A DNA stretch of 64,000 nucleotides from Acidobacteriota bacterium (GTDB lineage: Bacteria; Acidobacteriota; Thermoanaerobaculia; Multivoradales; Multivoraceae). Positions within the stretch are counted from its first letter, which is position 1. Each line of letters begins with the position of its first letter. Position numbers and translations under genes: made by a program. The stretch covers positions 10,030 through 74,029 of the forward strand of contig QQVD01000007.1 in assembly GCA_003388555.1 (NCBI GenBank), read 5' to 3'. Positions 57,399-64,000 of this stretch are shown one piece after another. The notes beneath the pieces were generated by a model, which saw only the letters and a program-made list of their open reading frames with translations, made no database searches and had not been told where the DNA came from.

Positions 57399-57414
57399 AG
57401 CACGCGGCGTGCCA
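57399..57414 (-). promoter_or_regulatory. Possible sigma-54 promoter
   Basis: TGGCACG-CCGC-GTGCT with -24 GG / -12 GC spacing, upstream of the MetOD1-kinase operon. Confidence 0.4.
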
Positions 57415-57573
57415 ACTGCGGCTCCTTGTCCTGCACAGCACCGAAAGCCCCTGCTTCTAAGGCCTTCGCCCGTGCAGCGGACGACGGAAGCTACGACGGG
57501 TCGTCCTGAATCCGTACGAAAGCCGGGATCCGGACGGAGTTCCTACGGTCACTCCATACGGTTTCAGGCCCAG

Positions 57574-60333
57574 CTAGGTCCGTCGCAGCACCACGGCGCA
57601 GTCGGTGCGTGCCGCACGCAGCGCCGGGAAGAGCGCGGCGACGACGGCGACGAGGACCAGGATCGCGGCTGTCGTCGCCAGCACTCCGGGATCCGACGAG
57701 TGGATCCCGAACAGCAGGTTCGAGACCAGCCGCGACAGAGGCACGGTGGCGGCCGCGCCGAGCAGCACTCCGACGAGAGCCAGGAGAGCCGTGCGCAGCA
57801 CGAGTCGCGCCACCACCCGCCGTCGCGCTTCGCCCAACGCCATGCGGATGCCGATCTCGCGGCTGCGTTCGATCACCGAGTGGGAGAGCACACCGTAGAT
57901 GCCGAGCGAGGCGAGCAGCACCGCGATGGCGGCGAACGCGGCCAGCAGCGTGAGGGTGAAGCGCCTCGGCGAGCTGGCCCTGTCGATCCGCGATGCGAGC
58001 GTCTGGTGCTCGTCGCTGGGCAGGGTCGGGTCGACCGACACGATCGTCGCCCGCACCTGGGGCACCAGGCTCGACGGTGGCAGCGTCGAGCGCACGACCA
58101 TCTCCACCTGTCCCGGCGGTTCGGCCAGCTGGGAGAGCGGCAGGTAGACCTGGAGTCCCGACTCCTGCTCCGCCGACTGGTGGAGCACGTCGGCCGCCAC
58201 ACCGACGACCTCGAAGACACCGTGCCCGAAGCGCAGCTCGCGCCCGAGCGCCGAGCCGTCGTAGAGCCGGCTGGCGAGGCTCTGGTTGACGATGGCGACC
58301 GGCGCCGATTCACGGTCGTCGCCGGCTGTGAAGGGACGGCCTTCGGCCAGCGGGATCTCGAGCGTGTCGAGGTAGGCGGCGTCGACCAGGTGCACGAAGG
58401 CGTTGATCGGCTCGTCCTGGACGACGCCCGGAACGGCGATGCCCCAGGAGCGGTTGCCGCCGAGCGGCAGGTCGTCGGTCAGTGCCACCGAGGAGACGCC
58501 GGGGCTCGAGGCGACCGCCTCGATCAGCTCGCGGTGGAAGCTCTCGACGTCGTCGGCTCCCTGCAGGCGCGCCGGTGTCCGGATCCGCCAGGCGACCACG
58601 CCTTCCGCATCGAACCCGAGGTCGGTGCGGCTGACACGCTGGAAGCTCTCCAGCAGCAGACCGCCGAAGACCAGCAGCACGCAGGCCAGCGCCACCTCGG
58701 CGACCACCAGGGTCTCACGCAGCCCGCGCGCCGAGCGGCCGCTGCTGGCTCCCCGCACCGAGGCATGAGCTGCGAGTGCCGGTCGACGACCGACCAGGTG
58801 GCTGGCCGGAGCGACTCCGACGAGCAGGCCGACGAGGGCGGCGACGAAGAGGCAGAAGACGAGAGTCGTCCCGTTCACAGAGACCGAGGAAAGCATGGGA
58901 ATGCTGATCGCCGACGTCTGCGCGATCCAGCGCGTCGCCACCGCGGCGAGAACGCCGCCCAGCAGACTCCCGCACAGCGCCAGCAGCAGACTCTCGAGGA
59001 CCAGCTGGCGCACGATCCGGCCGCGCGACGCGCCGAGAGTCGAGCGCAGGGAGATCTCGGGAACCCGGCGCGCGCCCCTCGCCAGCAGGTAGTTGGCGAG
59101 GTTGGCGCACACGATCAGCATCATCACCGCGGCGCTGGCGGCGAGCAGCACCAGCGCGGGTCGGTAGGGGCCGGAGATGCGTTCGCGCAGGGGCGTGATC
59201 TCGCCGCCGAGGCCCCAGCGCCGGGGATCGGCCTCGGCCAGTGCGGCGACCACCCGGTCGAGGTCGGCCTGGGCGCTCTCGACCGTCGCATCGTCAGCCA
59301 GGCGGCCGACGATGTGCAGCGTGTTGCCCCAGGCGTCGGTCGAGTCGTCGATCGGGAAGGGGCAGAGGAAGTCGACCCGCGTGTTGGGCGTGAAGACCGA
59401 CGAGAAGTCGAACTCCGCCGGCAGGACCCCGACGACGACCTGCGGCCGGTCGTCGATCGTGACGGTGCGGCCGACGATCCCCTCGTCGCCGCCGAAGCGG
59501 CGCTCCCAGAAGTCGTGGGAGAGGATCACGACGTCGCCGTCTGGCGAGCGCGCCTCGTCGGGGCGGAAGTGGCGGCCGATGACGGGATCGACGCCGAGCA
59601 CCGCGAGGAGGTCGTGCGCGACGTCGACTCCGATCAGGGTCTCCGGCTCACCGTCGCCGCTCAGGGTGTGGGGACTACGCTCGAAGAACGCGAACCAGCC
59701 GCTGAGCCCGTCGAACGAGTCGGTCATGGCGCGGAAGTCGCGCAGGTTGCCGGTGCGTGAGGTCACCGAGGAGAGGCCGCCGCCGTCGCCGTCGACGTTG
59801 GCGATCCAGACCAGACGTTCGGGTTCCTCGAACGGCAGTGGCTCGATCAGCAGCGGCTGCAGGACGCTGAAGACCGCCGTCGTGGCGCCGATGCCGACGC
59901 CGGTGATCACGGTGGCAAAGGCCAGCAGCTTGGGATCGCGGCGCACGGCGCGCAGCGCCGAGCGCAGATCGTGGCCCAGCCCGCGGGGGGAGAGTGCTTC
60001 GATCCAGTCCATCGTCGTGGCTCCCTCGAGCTGTCTGTCGGCTGCCCCGCCGCGGCGCAGCGAAGCCGGTGGGTCGGCTGTACGGAAGGGGTTCCAGGCC
60101 ATCTGCAGGCAGAGGTCGAGCGCCTCGAGGCGGTACCACCAGCGGGCGGCGAAGGCGCCGCGGAGATCCACCTGGCGCACGTAGTCCTCACGCAGGTCGC
60201 CGAGGGCGACGTGACGGGTCTCGCCGCCGCCCAGCAGCAGCGAGACCACTGCTTCGCTGAGGCGGGGCGGACGCGGCACGTCGCTCGCGGGGCGCCCGGA
60301 GGGAAGTCGGCGTCGGCCCGGGTCGCGGCTCAT
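57574..60333 (-). CDS. Duplicated ABC permease (ADOP family) with N-terminal prefix
   Basis: LGDLREDY prefix, GIGATTAVFS, CANLANYLLAR, GIYGVLS..REIGIRMALG; overlaps padR. Confidence 0.92.
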   Translation of the reverse strand: MSRDPGRRRLPSGRPASDVPRPPRLSEAVVSLLLGGGETRHVALGDLREDYVRQVDLRGAFAARWWYRLEALDLCLQMAWNPFRTADPPASLRRGGAADRQLEGATTMDWIEALSPRGLGHDLRSALRAVRRDPKLLAFATVITGVGIGATTAVFSVLQPLLIEPLPFEEPERLVWIANVDGDGGGLSSVTSRTGNLRDFRAMTDSFDGLSGWFAFFERSPHTLSGDGEPETLIGVDVAHDLLAVLGVDPVIGRHFRPDEARSPDGDVVILSHDFWERRFGGDEGIVGRTVTIDDRPQVVVGVLPAEFDFSSVFTPNTRVDFLCPFPIDDSTDAWGNTLHIVGRLADDATVESAQADLDRVVAALAEADPRRWGLGGEITPLRERISGPYRPALVLLAASAAVMMLIVCANLANYLLARGARRVPEISLRSTLGASRGRIVRQLVLESLLLALCGSLLGGVLAAVATRWIAQTSAISIPMLSSVSVNGTTLVFCLFVAALVGLLVGVAPASHLVGRRPALAAHASVRGASSGRSARGLRETLVVAEVALACVLLVFGGLLLESFQRVSRTDLGFDAEGVVAWRIRTPARLQGADDVESFHRELIEAVASSPGVSSVALTDDLPLGGNRSWGIAVPGVVQDEPINAFVHLVDAAYLDTLEIPLAEGRPFTAGDDRESAPVAIVNQSLASRLYDGSALGRELRFGHGVFEVVGVAADVLHQSAEQESGLQVYLPLSQLAEPPGQVEMVVRSTLPPSSLVPQVRATIVSVDPTLPSDEHQTLASRIDRASSPRRFTLTLLAAFAAIAVLLASLGIYGVLSHSVIERSREIGIRMALGEARRRVVARLVLRTALLALVGVLLGAAATVPLSRLVSNLLFGIHSSDPGVLATTAAILVLVAVVAALFPALRAARTDCAVVLRRT

Positions 60334-60689
60334 CGGTGGTCGAGCGCCCCGCCGAGGCCGTCGAAGAAGGTCAGCAGCACGGTGCGCGATTGCCGCACGG
60401 CTTCGACGCCGGCCCGGGTCACCGCCAGACGGCGCATCGGGTGGCCGCCGCGCTCCGGCACCTGGCTCGGCTCGATCTCCCACTCGACGAGGCCCTTGAG
60501 CCGCAGCCGATCGAGGGTGCGGTAGAGGGCGCCGCGGGTCACGCGGCGCGCGGCGTTCTCCTCGAGGTCGCGGCGGACCTGGTTGGCGTAGGGCTGATCC
60601 GCCTGGCGCAGGATGGCGAGCAGCACCAGGAGCTCGAACTCGCCGACCCGTGCCGGCTCCGTTTCGGGGCAGTCCTCGTCGGTACTCAC
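60330..60689 (-). CDS. PadR family transcriptional regulator
   Basis: VGEFELLVLLAI..GALYRTLDRL..KGLV..PERGG. Confidence 0.9.
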   Translation of the reverse strand: MSTDEDCPETEPARVGEFELLVLLAILRQADQPYANQVRRDLEENAARRVTRGALYRTLDRLRLKGLVEWEIEPSQVPERGGHPMRRLAVTRAGVEAVRQSRTVLLTFFDGLGGALDHR

Positions 60690-60728
60690 CGTTCTCTGCT
60701 CGGGTTCAGTTCGGGTGGAGGTCGCGGA

Positions 60729-60766
60729 GTCTGCAATGCAGACGCCGCGGAGTCTACTTTGCATGC
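60729..60766. promoter_or_regulatory. Candidate PadR operator(s) overlapping the padR -10 box
   Basis: Perfect palindrome GTCTGCA-A-TGCAGAC (60729-60743), a related GTCTACTTTGCATGC 23 bp away, and minus-strand TAGACT at 60751-60756. Confidence 0.5.
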
Positions 60767-60903
60767 TACGTGCTGCGAGGGCCCCGGGTTGCAGAAGGGG
60801 CCTGCTCGTCGTCGAGGCGGGGCGGTCGTGGTGTCGCGGTCTACACTCGGCTCCGGGGCCGGGTTCGTCGGACGTCCCGGCGGCAACCGTGGAGGGGTGC
60901 GCG

Positions 60904-61590
60904 ATGAGCGGAGCAGTGCAGGGCAAGCGGGTGGTGGTCACCTGCGCCGACCGGTTCATGGGGCCGGCGACGTGCGAGCTGTTCGCCGAGCAGGGCGCCG
61001 AGGTGGTGGCGGATCTTCGCGACCTGAGGCCGCCGGCGGCCTGCGATGAGCTGATCGACACGCACGGGTGCCCCGACGTGCTCATCGTCAACCTCGGAGC
61101 TCCGTCGTCACCCAACACGCCGGTCGAGGACCTCGACGACGACACCTGGGCAGAGAAGTTCGAGGTCATGGTGCACCCGCTGTTCCGTCTGGCGCGGGCC
61201 GTCCTGCCGACGATGAAGCAGCGCCGGGCGGGCAAGATCGTCGTCTACGGCAGCGCCACCGGCCTGCGCAGCATGGCGAAGGTGTCGGCCTACAGCGCCG
61301 CGCGCGCCGCCCAGGTGGGTTTCGTCAAGGCCGCCGGTCTCGAGGCGGCGCCGCACAACGTGCAGATCAACCTGATCGCCCAGAACTACGTCGAGAACTC
61401 GGAGTACTACCCGCCGGAGCTGGTCGCCAGCGAGCGATTCCAGCGTCATCTGGCGCGCAACGTGCCGGCGGGCCGTCTCGCCACCGGCCGCGAGGACGCC
61501 GAGCTCGCCCTCTTCCTGGCTAGCGACAAGAGCGACTTCATCGTCGGCCAGGCCATACCCTTCAGCGGCGGCTGGACGCTGCAGGGCTGA
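60904..61590 (+). CDS. SDR family oxidoreductase (halohydrin dehalogenase-like motifs)
   Basis: VVVTCADRFMGP replaces the TGxxxGxG motif; GSAT..YSAAR (Ser-Tyr-Arg); IAQNYV; VGQAIPFSGGW. Confidence 0.85.
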   Translation: MSGAVQGKRVVVTCADRFMGPATCELFAEQGAEVVADLRDLRPPAACDELIDTHGCPDVLIVNLGAPSSPNTPVEDLDDDTWAEKFEVMVHPLFRLARAVLPTMKQRRAGKIVVYGSATGLRSMAKVSAYSAARAAQVGFVKAAGLEAAPHNVQINLIAQNYVENSEYYPPELVASERFQRHLARNVPAGRLATGREDAELALFLASDKSDFIVGQAIPFSGGWTLQG

Positions 61591-61749
61591 TCGGGCGGCG
61601 CTCGCCGGAAGGCGCGCCGCACCCTTCCCTGTTGGTTCCGTGTCGAGGCGGAGGCAGGGTGAGCAGGCGCGGGTGCCGGCCGGGCCGCGCCGTCACAGCC
61701 GGCTCGCTCGGAAGCCGCCGAACCGCCTGACCGGCGCCACCACAGAAGC

Positions 61750-63078
61750 ATGAAGGAACTGATCAGCAGCGTGACGACCGACCTGACCGAGTGGGTCGCG
61801 GGTCTCGGCGTCGCCACCGAGTGGACCGACGCGGCCGCGACAGCCCTGCTGTATCTGGGCCTGCTGGCGGTCGCGATGCTCGGTCACTACGTGGCGCGGT
61901 TCCTTCTGACGCGCGTCGCTGCCGCGGCGGCGGATCGCACCCAGACCACCTGGGACGACGCCTTCGTCGACGCCGGCGTGCTGCGTCGGATCGCCCATCT
62001 GGTGCCGGCGCTGATCATCCAGCGCGGCAGCAGGGAGTTGCTCAGCCAGTACGAGGACCTCGTCGGCGGCATCGACGCCCTGATCTCGGCCTATCTCGTG
62101 CTCATCGCGGTGCTGGTGGTCGAGGCGCTGCTCACCGCGGTGCACACGATCTACGACTCGCGCGGCACGACGCATCGGTTCGAGATCAAGACCGTGATCC
62201 AGGTCGCGAAGCTGATCTCGTTCTCGCTCGGCGCGGTGGTGATCGTCGCCCTGCTGATGGGCCGCTCGCCGGTCGTCCTGCTCAGCGGACTCGGCGCCTT
62301 CACCGCCATCCTGATGCTGATCTTCCGCGACGCCATCCTCGGCTTCGTCGCCGGCATCCAGCTCTCGGTCAACAACATGGTGCGCCGTGGCGACTGGATC
62401 GAGATGCCGAGCCACGGCGCCGACGGCGACGTCATCGACGTCTCGCTGACCACCGTCAAGGTGCAGAACTGGGACAAGACGATCACCACGATCCCGACCT
62501 ATGCCCTGGTCTCGGAGTCGTTCAAGAACTGGCGCGGGATGAGCGAGTCGGGTGGCAGGCGGATCAAGCGTGCCCTCTACCTCGACGTGCACAGCATCCG
62601 CTTCTGCGATCGCGAGACGATCGACCGCTACCTGAAGATCGCCCACATCCGCGACTACGTGGTGCGTCTTCACGACGAGGTCACCGAGCACAACCGCGAG
62701 CGCGGCTTCGATTCCTCGGACCTCACCGACCTGATCAACGGACGCCATCTGACCAACGTCGGCACCTTCCGCGCCTACGTCGAGGCCTACCTGCGCGACC
62801 ATCCGAAGATCCACCAGGAGATGACCCTGATGGTGCGCCAGCTCGCGCCCACCGAGCACGGCCTGCCGCTCGAGATCTACGCCTTCTGCAACGACCAGCG
62901 CTGGGCCGTCTACGAGGCGGCGCAGGCCGACATCTTCGACCACCTGCTGGCGGTGGCGCCGCTGTTCGACCTGCGCATCTTCCAGGCACCGAGCGGCGGC
63001 GACGTGCGCGGCGTCGGTGAGCGAATGGCCGCGGCGCGCGATCAGCAGGAGGGAGACGCCTCCGGATCCGACGACTGA
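61750..63078 (+). CDS. MscS family mechanosensitive channel (YbdG-like)
   Basis: LSGLGAFTAILMLIFRDAILGFVAGIQ, TVKVQNWDKT, NWRGMSESGGRRIKR, TLMVRQL. Confidence 0.93.
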   Translation: MKELISSVTTDLTEWVAGLGVATEWTDAAATALLYLGLLAVAMLGHYVARFLLTRVAAAAADRTQTTWDDAFVDAGVLRRIAHLVPALIIQRGSRELLSQYEDLVGGIDALISAYLVLIAVLVVEALLTAVHTIYDSRGTTHRFEIKTVIQVAKLISFSLGAVVIVALLMGRSPVVLLSGLGAFTAILMLIFRDAILGFVAGIQLSVNNMVRRGDWIEMPSHGADGDVIDVSLTTVKVQNWDKTITTIPTYALVSESFKNWRGMSESGGRRIKRALYLDVHSIRFCDRETIDRYLKIAHIRDYVVRLHDEVTEHNRERGFDSSDLTDLINGRHLTNVGTFRAYVEAYLRDHPKIHQEMTLMVRQLAPTEHGLPLEIYAFCNDQRWAVYEAAQADIFDHLLAVAPLFDLRIFQAPSGGDVRGVGERMAAARDQQEGDASGSDD

Positions 63079-63180
63079 GCTGCGCCGCGGGCGGCTCGCG
63101 CGCAGCGTGCTACCTTCACGCCCCCGCGCCGGCCCGGCCCACCCCGAGGAGGCGGGAGACCGAACAACGAGGAGCTGCCC

Positions 63181-63380
63181 ATGGCCGATCGCGATGTCGA
63201 GAGAGACTGCCCGAGCGAACGCTTCGTCGAGACCCTGCGCCGCGTCGCCGATGCCCTGGAGAGTGGCGACTCGTTCCGCATCCAGGTCGCCAACCGCCGC
63301 TTCACCGTGCCGGCCGACGCCGAGCTGTCGATCGAGCACGAGGCCGGCGACGGGAATTGCAGCTCCGATGGCGCGGGTGA
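63181..63380 (+). pseudogene. Amphi-Trp domain protein, apparently frameshifted
   Basis: RDVER..FVETLRRVADALE..FRIQV..VPADAELSIEHE; the signature ELQLRW* lies in the -1 frame from 63354. Confidence 0.7.
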
Positions 63381-63503
63381 CGCCTGGCTGGCGGCGACGC
63401 CGGCTGAGGCCCTGACGGTCGGCGACGAGGGAATGGCTCGCGGCAGGGTCGCGTAGGGTTCGAGAGGACCCCACCCACGACCCGCGAGAGGAGCTCCCGG
63501 ACC

Positions 63504-64000
63504 ATGGCCAGATCAGCGAATCGGCGCGCCTGCGCCGTCGGCCGACCACTGCTGCTGGCGAGCGTCCTCCTCGCCGGCTCCCCTGCGGGTGCGATGGTGG
63601 GCGCGCAGCCCGGCGAGCCGGAGCCGTCGCCCGCGCCGGCGCAGCGGCGCTCGATCGGCGACCTGCTGACGCCTGGCGACACGGCGACCTGGTGGGTGGA
63701 GATCGAGGGCGAGCGCATCGGCCACAACAGCACGCGCTACGAAGGCCCGGTGGCGCTCTCTGGAGAGCTGACGGGCGCGCATCTGTTCCGCGAGCAGGTC
63801 GAGCTGGACGCCGAGGTGCCCGGCGGCCGCTTGGTGCAGCGCTACACCACCAGACTGTGGACCGACGCCCACGCCAGGCCGCTGCGACTGGAGTTCCGCG
63901 CCGCGGTGTCGGACGTGCGTTCGGCGATCGACGCGGTGGTCGAGGGCTCGACGATGACGGCTCGGATCCGCCAGGGGCCGAGTGAGCGCCGCCAGGAGAT
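63504..64000 (+). CDS. Secreted hypothetical protein (runs off the window end)
   Basis: Open frame MARSANRRACAVGRPLLLASVLLAGSPAGA..WWVEIEGERIGH..; no stop before 64000. Confidence 0.65.
   Translation, partial: MARSANRRACAVGRPLLLASVLLAGSPAGAMVGAQPGEPEPSPAPAQRRSIGDLLTPGDTATWWVEIEGERIGHNSTRYEGPVALSGELTGAHLFREQVELDAEVPGGRLVQRYTTRLWTDAHARPLRLEFRAAVSDVRSAIDAVVEGSTMTARIRQGPSERRQE

Overview
Very GC-rich bacterial chromosomal window. It most likely comes from Acidobacteriota (Thermoanaerobaculia-like): it has two duplicated-permease (ADOP-type) genes, one with PadR, a GWxTD/VWA protein, an IPTL-CTERM protein and C-terminal FxDxFExGD motifs. About 55 CDS are supportable. They include housekeeping and metabolic genes (proBA, argS, modABC, lemA/TPM/TPM, a RidA-family gene, a photolyase/cryptochrome, mscS, dehydrogenases) and many secreted proteins. 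The main accessory region is ~11.2-21.8 kb: an orphan RHS-HNH toxin with a candidate immunity gene, a REP-associated (RAYT-like, HUH/Y1) transposase that probably starts at CTG, and four same-strand copies of the hairpin motif GGGTCAGGGACCTGGC. These copies delimit blocks holding toxin-antitoxin-type pairs plus cut-off fragments of unrelated genes, one an almost exact copy of the 3' end of a neighbouring gene. This looks like a RAYT/REP-driven gene-capture array (inference). Other points: a 415-bp MITE inserted between a Shine-Dalgarno site and its start codon, eight copies of a palindromic intergenic repeat, recurrent leaderless-type promoters, a heme-peroxidase homologue lacking the expected His residues, and frequent low-complexity loop insertions in conserved enzymes. 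No rRNA, tRNA or CRISPR array was seen. All family calls come from motif recognition only; no database search was run.
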